The notes under the pieces: generated by a model
Databases searched by the model: none
Told to the model about the DNA's origin: nothing
Seen by the model: only the letters and a program-made list of their open reading frames with translations
Source of the DNA: an uncultured Dehalococcoidia bacterium
GTDB lineage: Bacteria > Chloroflexota > Dehalococcoidia > Lucifugimonadales > UBA3495
Assembly (NCBI GenBank): GCA_950072105.1
Contig: CATMOE010000002.1
Coordinates: 64,001-128,000 of the forward strand
Direction: 5' to 3'
Length of the DNA stretch: 64,000 nt
Program-made: the position numbers and the translations under genes
In this document: positions 9,081 to 19,104 of the stretch, piece by piece
How the letters are laid out: each line of letters starts with the position of its first letter
Numbering within the stretch: the first letter of the stretch is position 1

Positions 9081-11716
9081 ATGGTCCGGCAGCGATTCAC
9101 GGGCATCATAGCTTTGGTCCTAATGACGGTTATATTGAGCTGCAGCGGCTCGGAAGCCGCCGATCCCACGCTCGATCCGTCACCGCAGGCGGACGTGCCT
9201 GGTACGCCCAACGTCGAGGCGACCATCGCCGCGGCATTGGAATTGGGCGCGCTGCCCGATGCCGAGCCTGATTCCCCGTCAGTTGTGGACCCTCGGAACT
9301 TCCCATCGGGCCTGGCAACCATCCTCGCGCCGCCGCCGCTGGCATTGGACACGCCAGTCCCTCCCACCGCGACTCCGGCGCCTACGTTCACGCCGGAACC
9401 GACCCATACGCCAAAGCCCACTCCAGTTCCCACACCAACACCGGTCCCGACCGCCACGCCGGAGCCGACTCCCGCCCCGACTCTGCCCGTCCCAACGGCC
9501 ACTCCCGATCCAACTCCGACTCCCTTCCCGGTAACCAAGTTCAAGCCCAATTTCACCGGCTTGATCCCCTCGGTGGATTCCCGCGTTACCGAGCTTCGTT
9601 TTTTCGAGTCCGGCGATATCCTCCTGCCTACCGCAGACAGGGTCTACCGGCGGACCTTAGCACAGTCGACAACCCGATCGGTCGCTTGGGAATTGAACCT
9701 TGCCCACCCGCCCCCGGCAAACGAGAAACAATTCACCCTCAAAGCGGTGTACTACCGGCCTGACGGCAGTGTGCTGAACAGCTTGACCCACAACGCTAGC
9801 ATTCCTGCTGGTTCAATTCTTAGTTCCGGCGCCTTAGCTTGGGGATGGACCTTGCCTGGCAATTAGCCAATCGGCGTCTACAAAGTTGACCTGAACGTCG
9901 ATTCCAAGTTGGTGGCCTCCGGAGAATTCGAGGTAGTTGACCTCCTTATCCCGTTTTCCGGCCGATTCTTGGCCATCCGCGATGACCTTACTTGGTCCAC
10001 CGGCTCACTTACATACGACAATCAGCGAGACCTGGAGAGCCTGGCAGCGCTGATGAGAACAGACCCCAACATGGCTGCCACAGTCGCGGCCTATCCTTGG
10101 ATCCTATCCGGCCCAACCGCCGCTAACCGGGGGCTTTGGAATACTTGGCGTTGTTGGCGGAGCAGGATCTGATCTTGGCCATGCAGTTGGCTGGGATGCC
10201 ATGGATAAAGGACGGCCTCAACACGGACGAGCTCGCTGTTTTGGGGGACCTCAAATCGTTGGCTACTCAGGATTTATTCTTATTGCAAAATCTCACCCGG
10301 AGTAACTGGGTGATTAAAAGCCCCTCCGGAGATGGCCGCCAAGCCCTTCGGAGTATCAACAACCTGTCCCTTCGCGACAAGTCCCTGGCCAGGTACGTCA
10401 CATCTTATGCCTGGGCCGGCGAGGACATCTCTACCCACGAGTCCTATGCGATAAATTCCATCGACGAAATCCATACGCTCGACGCCGCGCTGGGCGTGAC
10501 CGTGGCCGGCTTCCCCTGGGTCGTCGACGAGATATCCAAACGGGAACGGGCGGCGCTGTCGGACCTTGCGGGTATCGCCGCGAAAGACACGGCCGTGGCC
10601 AAAGTGGTTGCGGGCTTGCCCTGGCTCACCTTTAACATTAGCCAAGACGAAGGCGAGGCATTGACCCGTCTCCGAGAACTCCTGTCCCAGAATGCGTCGG
10701 TAGCCAAACAGGTGGCCGGGATGCCCTTTTTATCAACGTCCTTTGAGAGCCAAGACAAAGACGCTCTCCTGTCCCTGCTCCACCTGGCCGTCAACTTCCC
10801 CACGGTATTGACGCTGATAGCGCAGCAACCTTGCTTCTTGGACGGTCTCGACGACCAAGAAGCAAAGTTCGTGATCGTGGTGGGTACGCCCAAGGGCCGA
10901 TTTTTCGGGCCGGAAAGCTTTACCAAGTTGATCGTAAAGCACCAAGTCGAATCCCGGATTGCCACGATGCCATTAAGCGGAGAGGTTCGTCTGACTTATA
11001 TCCAGTCATCCTTAGATCCGGGAACCGGCGAGCTTGTGGCCCAGGTGGAAGACGCCATGCGAACCATGGAGAGCTTCATGGGCGTCCCCTTCCCCCGGCA
11101 GGAGGTTATTCTACTTCTAGCCGCGCCCTTGGAATTAAATAAGCCCTTAGATTTCGAATTGACCGGAATAAACCGGGGAACTCATATACTGGTCAATTCG
11201 GAACTCGGCAGACAAGGCGACACCAACCGAATCATCACCCACGAATTAGCCGGCTATTACTGGGGGCCCCAAGAGGCGCCACGTTGGTTCCAAGAGGGCG
11301 GCGCCTCTTTTCTTGCCAGCTATGTCCGGAACACCCTTTACGGCGAATCCCTGGAAGACCGGTCGATCTACACGCTGAGTAGAGCGGTAAGCGTCTGCAA
11401 ATCGACCGGTCTTCAGTCGATCCAAGGTCTGATCGACCGGTTGGCGGTGGATGGTCTGACTAAGCACCAGGCATCACCCTACTTCACTTGCAACGATAAC
11501 CAGGGAGAAAACCTATTCTTGGATCTATACAATACTCTGGGCTCGGAGTCTTTCCGGTCGTCCTGGAAAGAACTGTACGAGTTGGCAAAACGGGAGGGCC
11601 GGGCCGTTAACGAAACACAGATATACCGGGCATTCCTCAGGCATACCACCACTGATACAGTCGATGAGTTCAACGACTTATACGGCCGTCTGCACGGAGG
11701 GGTCTTTGAGGGGTAA
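9081..11716 (+). pseudogene. Disrupted large lipoprotein: PT-rich linker, Ig-like domain, ~35-aa helical repeats, C-terminal gluzincin-like domain
   Basis: Lipobox ILSC. In-frame TAG at 9864-9866 (PGN*PIGVYKVDL continues in frame). One-base frameshift in the G5 run at 10129-10133 (adding one G gives NRGALEYLA). Degenerate HELAG...EG motif. The ORF track splits it into three pieces. Confidence 0.7.
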
Positions 11717-11787
11717 TCGTTTGTCTGACGCTGAAATCATCAGAGTTTAAATCCCTGGAATCTAAATCCTCGGAGAGTCTGCATTCT

Positions 11788-12576
11788 ATGGAACTGAAAG
11801 AGTTGGGACGCACCGGCGTTATGGTGCCGGAGATTGGGCTGGGCACTTGGAAATACAGCGGCGGCTCCGCGCCCCTGCTCCGGGGGATTGATCTCGGCGC
11901 CAACTTGATAGACACCGCTGAGATGTACCGAACCGAAGACGCGGTGGGGCAAGCCATCGCCGGACGCCGCGACGACGTTTTCCTTGCCACCAAGGTTTTG
12001 GGCAGTCATCTTCGCTACGACCAGGTGTTATGGGCCGCTGATGAGAGCCTGCGCCGATTGGCCGTGGATCGTATCGACCTTTATCAGATCCACTGGTCCA
12101 ACCGCAGCGTCCCCATCTCCGAAACGATGCGGGCGATGGAGGAACTGATCGACGCCGGAAAGGTCAGATACATTGGGGTAAGCAACTTCTCCGTCAATGA
12201 ACTTCAAGAAGCCCAGGAAGTAATGACCAAACACCCCATAGTGTCCAATCAGGTCCTTTACAACCTGAACTCCCGCCGCATCGAGCAGGACTTGCTGCCC
12301 TATTACCAGGAGCACCATATCACAATTATCGCCGATGGCTCTCTGGCCACCCCCTCTCGCTTTCTTACAGACCGCCGGCTCAAGATCCTAGAGCAGGTGG
12401 AGGCCCAGACAAACAGGACTATGGCCCAAGTGGCTCTGAACTGGTGCACCTCTAGGACTAACGTAATCGTCATCCCGAAGTCCAACAGCGTCACCCGGAC
12501 CGAAGAAAACTGTACCGCATCGGGCTGGCGTCTGTCTCCGGCCCAGGTCCGGACTCTGGACGAAGCCTTCGCCTAG
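11788..12576 (+). CDS. Aldo/keto reductase
   Basis: IGLGTW, IDTAEMY, ATKV, IDLYQIHW, IGVSNF, VIVIPKS. Confidence 0.9.
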   Translation: MELKELGRTGVMVPEIGLGTWKYSGGSAPLLRGIDLGANLIDTAEMYRTEDAVGQAIAGRRDDVFLATKVLGSHLRYDQVLWAADESLRRLAVDRIDLYQIHWSNRSVPISETMRAMEELIDAGKVRYIGVSNFSVNELQEAQEVMTKHPIVSNQVLYNLNSRRIEQDLLPYYQEHHITIIADGSLATPSRFLTDRRLKILEQVEAQTNRTMAQVALNWCTSRTNVIVIPKSNSVTRTEENCTASGWRLSPAQVRTLDEAFA

Positions 12577-12608
12577 TGAGCCCTATTGGAGTAAACCCTA
12601 CCCTCAAG

Positions 12609-12637
12609 TTGACAAACCATGGGGGACACGCTAGGGT
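12609..12637 (+). promoter_or_regulatory. Putative sigma70 promoter of the ABC ATPase gene
   Basis: TTGACA-17 nt-TAGGGT. Confidence 0.4.
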
Positions 12638-12778
12638 AGCCACTGGGTTATCGCCTCACGCCTATGTCTCCAACTCTGGTATTCTCCCCTTGCCCGGTTT
12701 CGCATCTCGCAAGTCTCGGTCTTGATGAGATATATGCCAAACCAACCCTTAGAAACCGTGGGCACCCAGGAGTTAATC

Positions 12779-14047
12779 ATGCGGCCCGGTTTTGAAACAG
12801 GCCATGAGCTCCCTAGCGCTGGCTCCCCAGGCGAGCCCGGGGCCGCGGTTACACCACAAAACGGCGAATACACAATCTCGGTGAGGTCTCTTTGGAAGGT
12901 GTTCGGCAAGAACCCGGAAAGGGCACTGGAAGCCCAAAACCTTCAGAAAAGCAGAACGAAGATCCAACAAGAGCTTAATCTGGTGGTAGCCCTCAAGGAT
13001 GTCACATTTGAGGCTACTACCGGAGAGACTTTCGTTGTCATGGGCCTTTCTGGGAGCGGTAAATCTACCCTGGTGCGTTGTCTCATACGACTCATAGAGG
13101 CAACTTCGGGGGATATCCTTGTTGATGGGGAGAACATAATAGACTACGACTCAAACCAGCTGAGAAACTTCAGGCGCTCAAAGGTGGCCATGGTCTTTCA
13201 AAACTTTGGCCTGCTGCCACACAAGAACGTTTTGGATAATGCCGCCTACGGGCTTGAAGTCCGTGGCGTGGGCAAGGAACAGCGGTACGAAGTTGCCTCA
13301 GAAATGCTGGCGAAAGTGGGATTGACCGGCTGGGAAGGGTCCTATCAAAGGGAGTTGAGTGGCGGCATGCAGCAACGGGTGGGCCTGGCACGGGCCCTGG
13401 CCCTGGACCCTGAGATTTTGCTCATGGATGAACCGTTCAGTGGTCTCGACCCGCTGATCCGGCGCCAGATGCGTGGCGAGCTAGCCTCTCTCCAAGAAGA
13501 GATCCAGAAGACCATCATCTTTATCACCCACGACCTGGATGAGGCGGTTACGGTAGGCGACCGGATCGCCATAATGAAGGACGGGGAAATCATACAACTG
13601 GGCAGCCCGCAGGACATTATCATGAACCCCGTCGACGACTTTGTTAAGGAATTCACCCAGGGCATTCCCAAGACCAAGGTAATCAACGTCGCCAGTATAA
13701 TCAGCGAACCAGAGCTGATTATAGCGGATTGGCGACGCATAGAGGATTTGGTTGCTCAGATGGACCGCGCAGGTACTGAATATGCGATTTGCGTGGATAC
13801 CGACAACAAATACATCGGCGTTATCCCCAAGCAGAAAGTAACACTCCTGGCTGGACGACCAGCCGGAGACCTCACAGACATTCTCCACACCGATGTGGCC
13901 ACTGTGCACCCGGAAACTCTGCTAGAACAAGCCCTCGCTGCTCTGGTGGATGCCACCATTCCCATTCCTGTAGTCGACGGAAGCAATTGCTTCCTGGGTG
14001 TAGCAGCGCAAAGGGATATACTTATGGTCATTGCCGCCAACCTTTAG
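12779..14047 (+). CDS. proV: Glycine betaine/proline-type ABC transporter ATP-binding subunit with CBS domains (ProV/OpuAA-like)
   Basis: GLSGSGKST, LSGGMQQRVG, LLMDEPFS.LDPLIR, C-terminal CBS pair; start chosen after the AGGAG RBS (ORF is open from 12722). Confidence 0.88.
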   Translation: MRPGFETGHELPSAGSPGEPGAAVTPQNGEYTISVRSLWKVFGKNPERALEAQNLQKSRTKIQQELNLVVALKDVTFEATTGETFVVMGLSGSGKSTLVRCLIRLIEATSGDILVDGENIIDYDSNQLRNFRRSKVAMVFQNFGLLPHKNVLDNAAYGLEVRGVGKEQRYEVASEMLAKVGLTGWEGSYQRELSGGMQQRVGLARALALDPEILLMDEPFSGLDPLIRRQMRGELASLQEEIQKTIIFITHDLDEAVTVGDRIAIMKDGEIIQLGSPQDIIMNPVDDFVKEFTQGIPKTKVINVASIISEPELIIADWRRIEDLVAQMDRAGTEYAICVDTDNKYIGVIPKQKVTLLAGRPAGDLTDILHTDVATVHPETLLEQALAALVDATIPIPVVDGSNCFLGVAAQRDILMVIAANL

Positions 14048-14267
14048 TCCCCACCCTATTCGTTCCCACCCTCCGCCAGCTTACACTCCTCAATATAAAT
14101 AGAGATGGGCACCAGTTGCCGATGCCGATCCGCCAATCCTGGCAGTCAATGAAAGCAATACGTTCATCGCCCCTAACAGATAGACTTGTCCAAGGTGAAA
14201 GTAAAATCTTTGTGGACTGTGGTGAGTACGGTCATTGAATTTCCATCCTCAGCGAAGCGAGTGAAAT

Positions 14268-15278
14268 ATGGGAATCAAATTCAGGAAGATCGCCAACCTG
14301 ATCACCGGCAAGGGCGCAACACGCGCCAGCGAAAATGCCGAGAGAATTCGCAAGATGGCCATAATCGCGGCCGTCATCGGCATTGCACTCCTGGCCTCGT
14401 TCCTTGTTCACAAGTACGGCGTCACCGGTGCGCTAAAGTACCCGACGAACTTGGGACCTGAGCTTACCGGTCTCCTAGACGGGGGATTTCAGTGGATACT
14501 TGTAAACGGGGAATGGTTCTTTGACGCCATCAGCGACAATTTGAAGATTGCCCTCGGCAAATTGAGAGACTTCTTGGTCTGGATCCCTTGGCCTGTGGTC
14601 GTAGCTTTGATCTTCCTGCTCGGCTGGAGAATAGCCTCCTTTGCCGTTGGAATAGCTTCAGCCCTGGGAATGGTAGCCATCGGATTGGTCAATCTTTGGG
14701 AGCCGGCAATGGTCACAGTAGCCATTATGATGGTATCAGTGTCCATTGCCATTGCTTTCGGCATCCCTATGGGCATATTGGCGGCAAGTAGTAATTCGGT
14801 GGAAAAACTAATTCGTCCTGTATTGGACGGTATGCAGACGATGCCCAGCTTCGTTTACCTAATCCCAGGCATCATGCTCTTTGGCCTCGGCAATGTGGCA
14901 GCAATCCTGGCGACTGTGCTCTACGCCCTTCCACCGTGTATAAGGCTGACCAACTTGGGGATACGGCAGGTCGATCCTTCAGTCGTGGAGGCCGGCCGGT
15001 CGTTCGGCTCAAGCCCATTCCAGTTACTTTATAAAGTGCAGATTCCTATGGCCGTTCCGACCATCATGGCAGGGATCAATCAGACCGTAATGATGGCCCT
15101 GGCCATGGCTACGATTGCGGCCATGGTGGGTGCAGGAGGCCTGGGTATAGAAGTGCTACGGTCTATGGGTCAACTTGAGGAAGGCGAAGCTTTCGTGGCT
15201 GGGACAGCAATCGTTATCATGGCGATTATCATCGACCGAATCTCCCAGGGATACGTCCTGTCACGCAGCGACAGTTGA
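14268..15278 (+). CDS. proW: Glycine betaine/proline-type ABC transporter permease (ProW/OpuAB-like)
   Basis: RPVLD.MQT.PSFVYLIP, IRLTNLGIRQV, EAGRSFG, IMAGINQT. Confidence 0.88.
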   Translation: MGIKFRKIANLITGKGATRASENAERIRKMAIIAAVIGIALLASFLVHKYGVTGALKYPTNLGPELTGLLDGGFQWILVNGEWFFDAISDNLKIALGKLRDFLVWIPWPVVVALIFLLGWRIASFAVGIASALGMVAIGLVNLWEPAMVTVAIMMVSVSIAIAFGIPMGILAASSNSVEKLIRPVLDGMQTMPSFVYLIPGIMLFGLGNVAAILATVLYALPPCIRLTNLGIRQVDPSVVEAGRSFGSSPFQLLYKVQIPMAVPTIMAGINQTVMMALAMATIAAMVGAGGLGIEVLRSMGQLEEGEAFVAGTAIVIMAIIIDRISQGYVLSRSDS

Positions 15279-15325
15279 TCTCAGGCCCAACTCCACGCCA
15301 GGGCAGACTTGGAACAAGGGTAATA

Positions 15326-15359
15326 GAAAGGAGCCCCCGTCACGACGGGGGCTCCTTTC
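15326..15359. terminator. Probable bidirectional terminator between the convergent permease and binding-protein genes
   Basis: Perfect 16-bp inverted repeat GAAAGGAGCCCCCGTC-AC-GACGGGGGCTCCTTTC. Confidence 0.75.
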
Positions 15360-15394
15360 GTCAGAATCGTAATCTGCTTTTCGGGGCGCGGCAG

Positions 15395-16675
15395 TTAATC
15401 CTCTTTGGCTAGGGCAGCTTTGACATTGGCCCAGACATCGACAGGAACCCAGTCCCTCCAGGCATCGTTGTTCTTTAAATACCAGATGCCCGTGGCAGAG
15501 TAGATTTCTTCGCTCGATCGTCCTGCGTTTTTAAGTGCTTTTTTATTTTCACCGTACCATCCCTCTGCTGCCAGCTGGTTGCCGGCGCTCCAATCCCAAT
15601 TCTTGAAGAACGGAATCAGTTCTGGCGCGTCTGCAACTAACTCAATATTCATCGCAATCATGATTTCCGCTGCGGGGAATGCGCATCCATGCACAGGAGA
15701 GTTATCAGTGCATTCCGAAGGGTCTGGCTGTTCCAAATCTCGCATATCTAATTTGTGGGCTAACGCCGTTGGTCCCCAATAATAGAAGAGGATTGCGTCT
15801 TCTTTAGCAAATGCTCCTTCGATGGCAGCAGCCAAAGCCCCTGACGTACCAGGATCACGCAATACCACGTGGTCTTCCAAACCCATCCCGACTATTTGCC
15901 CTACCCCAGTGTCGGGTGAGCCATCTTGCATGGTACGACAACCCCAGCCAGCTATGCACCCGAGTAGTACTGCTTTACCACCATCTTGTTCGAACAATGA
16001 ATTGAATTCGTCGTTCTTCAAATCTTCGATAGAATCGAGTTCTGGGTTGGCATCCTGGAGATAACCCGGGATAAGGAAGGAACTTTGCCAGTTATCTTCC
16101 AGGCTTTTGCCAACTGGAATCACTTCGCCTGCCTTAACAGCTTCATTCCACGCTGCGTCTTGGTTGGGAAGCCAGATCTCCATGGTTATATCTACGTCGC
16201 CCTTACGAAGGCCCTGGAACAGCGGTAAGGTCGAACCTTCTATCTGCGAAGTGGGATATCCATAACCATGTTCAACAATATATCGGGCCACACCGTTCTG
16301 GACTAATGCGCTGTCCCAGTCCAACCCACCAAAAACGATTTCTCTTTTGTCCTTGACCGGCGGTGCTATCTGGACTTCTACGATTCTCTCTACGATTTTC
16401 TCTACGATTACCTCTTTTATGACCTCTACCGGAACTTCTTTGATTACCTGCTTTTCTACGGGTACCTCTTTAATTACTTCTTGCTTGACGATCTTTTCTA
16501 CAGGTACCTCTTTGATTACCTCTTTGATGACGATCTTCTCTACAGGTACCTCTTTGATAACTTCGATTTGTCTGACAGCCTGATCGCTCCCGCCACACGC
16601 CGCAACCACCGCAAAAAGGGTAAGCGCGAAGATCAGAAGAATTGCTTTCTTGGTCAGAAAATGGTGAATAAACAC
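15395..16675 (-). CDS. proX: Betaine-type ABC substrate-binding lipoprotein (ProX/OpuAC family) with an N-terminal V/E/K repeat stalk
   Basis: Lipobox VAAC; LDWDS, HGYGY, GDVD..ME.W.PN, GC..GW.C, FYYWGP; IKEVPVEK repeats. Confidence 0.8.
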   Translation of the reverse strand: MFIHHFLTKKAILLIFALTLFAVVAACGGSDQAVRQIEVIKEVPVEKIVIKEVIKEVPVEKIVKQEVIKEVPVEKQVIKEVPVEVIKEVIVEKIVERIVEVQIAPPVKDKREIVFGGLDWDSALVQNGVARYIVEHGYGYPTSQIEGSTLPLFQGLRKGDVDITMEIWLPNQDAAWNEAVKAGEVIPVGKSLEDNWQSSFLIPGYLQDANPELDSIEDLKNDEFNSLFEQDGGKAVLLGCIAGWGCRTMQDGSPDTGVGQIVGMGLEDHVVLRDPGTSGALAAAIEGAFAKEDAILFYYWGPTALAHKLDMRDLEQPDPSECTDNSPVHGCAFPAAEIMIAMNIELVADAPELIPFFKNWDWSAGNQLAAEGWYGENKKALKNAGRSSEEIYSATGIWYLKNNDAWRDWVPVDVWANVKAALAKED

Positions 16676-16816
16676 GTGGTCGCCTCCAATGTCATCGGCT
16701 GGGTACGCAGCGACTACCCTATACTAGAATAAGCGGCGGCGTCAACACCCAAATACCCGTGGCCACGCCAGGCAGTCCCGATTTGCGCCCGTGTAACGAC
16801 CAAAGGCTTTAGCTCG

Positions 16817-18307
16817 TCAGTCGCTCTTTCCAGACCTACCGAGGCCGGTCCCCATTGCCAGAGCGGGGAGAATAGCCACCAGCGCAACGCCCGCGGCAAC
16901 CCTTAGAAAATTGTGGAATAGGGACAGTCCAACGGCGTTCAGGCCCGCGCTGTACTCAGCCAGCCGGGTTTGAACCTCCTCGGCGCTCTCCCCGGGTTGC
17001 GGCAGCGGAAACTCCAATTCGGACATAAGTGTCTGGAAATGCTCCACTCCCCAGGCGGACAACGCCGCCAGGCCCAGCGTCATCCCCAACATGCGGGCAA
17101 CTACCACCAGCGAAGCGGCGGTGGCCCGGTAGTCGTCGGACACGGAGGTAAGGGCCTGCGTCATTATCGGCGAGATCACCAGCCCAAATCCCAATCCGGC
17201 AACAGCCAGGTGCAGCGTCAACTGAGGCTCTCCCACGTCCAGTTCCCAACCGCTGACCAGGAACAATCCAAGGGCCGTCAGCCCTAGCCCGGCTACCATA
17301 ACCGGCCTGATTCCCACCCGGCTCAACACCAAACCGCCAACCACCGCCCCCAAGGGGATGGCTCCAGTGATTCTCAGCAACCACATGGCGCCGGTCAGCG
17401 GCGTTTTCCCCATGACGGTGTTGGCCATCAGAGGCACAGTCACCATGGCGATGATCAGGGAGACGCCGACCAATAGTTGGGCTCCGTTGGCCGCCAGAAA
17501 CGACGTCGCGCGGAATAGGGCGGGCGCGAGCAAGGGTTGCTCCGTCCGGCGCTCCACCGCAAGCAGTAACCCCGCCAAAGCCAGTCCGGCGGCCCCCAAG
17601 ACGAAGGGAAGCGGCGACGAAAGCGTGAACAGGCTGCTCCTGGACAGCCCTAACGACACGAGAAGCAGGGCCGCCACCAGCAGGGCGCTGCCCAAGTAAT
17701 CTATCCTATTCTGCCGGTTCGGTTGGTTGGGCAGCCAGAACAGGGCCAGGAACAGTACCGCGCTCTGGGGGACGTTCAGCCAGAATATCCAACGCCAGTT
17801 GGCCAGCTCGATGATGGCCCCGCCATAGGCCGGGCCCAGCATGGAGCCGGCCTCCGCCGCGCCCGCCACGATGCCCAAGGCCAACCCCCATTGCTTCCGG
17901 GGAAGGGCGCTGCCCGCGATGGCCAACCCGATCGGCACGGTTGCCCCACCGCCCACGGCCTGTATCACCCGGGCGGCGACCATCCACTCCAGGCTTTGAG
18001 ATACGGCCACCAGGCTGGTGCCTATGACGAACACCACTAAGGAGACTTGATAGACTCGGGTATAGCCGTAGACATCGGCCAGGCGGCCTATCACCGGCAT
18101 CGCGGCCGTGTAGCCCAACAAGTAGGCGGTGATGATCCAGGACGCCCGGTCCAGTTGGGTTAAAGATATCTTCAGATCCAGCATCAGACTGGGCAGGGCC
18201 GTAACCACCACCGTTTGATCCAAGGCGGTAACGAAGGCGCCCAACCCCACAACGGTGAGGATCATGGGCGCCGGCAAAGTGCGAGATGGTCCAATCATCG
18301 AGCCCAT
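16817..18307 (-). CDS. 14-TM MFS transporter, Rv1410c/P55-like
   Basis: ALDQTVVV, WI.T.YLLGY.AAMP..GR..D..G, WRWIFWLNVP, VVVARM.GM..G.AALSAWG. Confidence 0.85.
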   Translation of the reverse strand: MGSMIGPSRTLPAPMILTVVGLGAFVTALDQTVVVTALPSLMLDLKISLTQLDRASWIITAYLLGYTAAMPVIGRLADVYGYTRVYQVSLVVFVIGTSLVAVSQSLEWMVAARVIQAVGGGATVPIGLAIAGSALPRKQWGLALGIVAGAAEAGSMLGPAYGGAIIELANWRWIFWLNVPQSAVLFLALFWLPNQPNRQNRIDYLGSALLVAALLLVSLGLSRSSLFTLSSPLPFVLGAAGLALAGLLLAVERRTEQPLLAPALFRATSFLAANGAQLLVGVSLIIAMVTVPLMANTVMGKTPLTGAMWLLRITGAIPLGAVVGGLVLSRVGIRPVMVAGLGLTALGLFLVSGWELDVGEPQLTLHLAVAGLGFGLVISPIMTQALTSVSDDYRATAASLVVVARMLGMTLGLAALSAWGVEHFQTLMSELEFPLPQPGESAEEVQTRLAEYSAGLNAVGLSLFHNFLRVAAGVALVAILPALAMGTGLGRSGKSD

Positions 18308-18311
18308 CAGG

Positions 18312-19010
18312 CTATTCCGGCGGAGCTATGTCTACCGGCACGTTAACATCGTCAATGAAAAGCAACCTTACGGTTTCCGGCACGTCACCGTTAACCACTG
18401 GGCCGGTGATGACCACCCGGCGCAGCAGGCCGTCTGCGCGGTCCACAAACAATTCCAACTTGACCTCAAGGCCCTCCGCCGCGCCCGGCACCAACGATGC
18501 CAGGGCTTCAGAACGCACCAGACCGGTGATACGTTGGTATTGCCGGCCTCCCGATTCTTCAACGCCCGACAAAGCAGGATCAGTGACAGCTTCCACTATG
18601 CTCGCCAAAGTTTGCCCGAAGTCCAAGAAATTCACCGGCAGAGATTCCGGAGGCACCATACGCCACTGCCCGGTGAAGAGATCGGTCATATATGCCTCTT
18701 GCCCAATGATGATAACGTTGATCTCCACAAAAGTGCGGGGGGCCGTTACCTCCGCCTCCACCGTCAGGCGTAGCCGGTCGGGAATATCCACCTCCCCCGT
18801 GGCTTTCTTCATGACCAAACCGGGCAGCAGCTGCGTGCTACCTATCTGGTGCTCTAACGTGAAGGCCACCGAGTTTAGCGAGAGCAGGTTGGCCACGGCA
18901 AGGGCCAGGGTTGCTTTCGGATCCGGCGGCGGTTCAAGCGTTGGCGTGGGGATGGGAGTTGGAGCCGATCCACACCCTGCCGCAAATGACAGCACCAGGG
19001 CCGCCAACAA
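18312..19010 (-). CDS. LppX/LprAFG (LprG-like, LolA-fold) lipoprotein; start uncertain, probably slightly further upstream
   Basis: Lipobox AAGC, PT linker, A.G.V..PD, Y...TG.W, C-terminal V..PV.I.PP; immediately upstream of the P55-like MFS. Confidence 0.7.
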   Translation of the reverse strand: MLAALVLSFAAGCGSAPTPIPTPTLEPPPDPKATLALAVANLLSLNSVAFTLEHQIGSTQLLPGLVMKKATGEVDIPDRLRLTVEAEVTAPRTFVEINVIIIGQEAYMTDLFTGQWRMVPPESLPVNFLDFGQTLASIVEAVTDPALSGVEESGGRQYQRITGLVRSEALASLVPGAAEGLEVKLELFVDRADGLLRRVVITGPVVNGDVPETVRLLFIDDVNVPVDIAPPE

Positions 19011-19104
19011 GCCAAGCAGAACGTGGAACCTCGTTCTCCTAGGGCAGCGGCGTCCGGACCTAAAGTGGTATCCGGGCGAAAGGGAAGATTGTCCGGCCCG
19101 CCGC

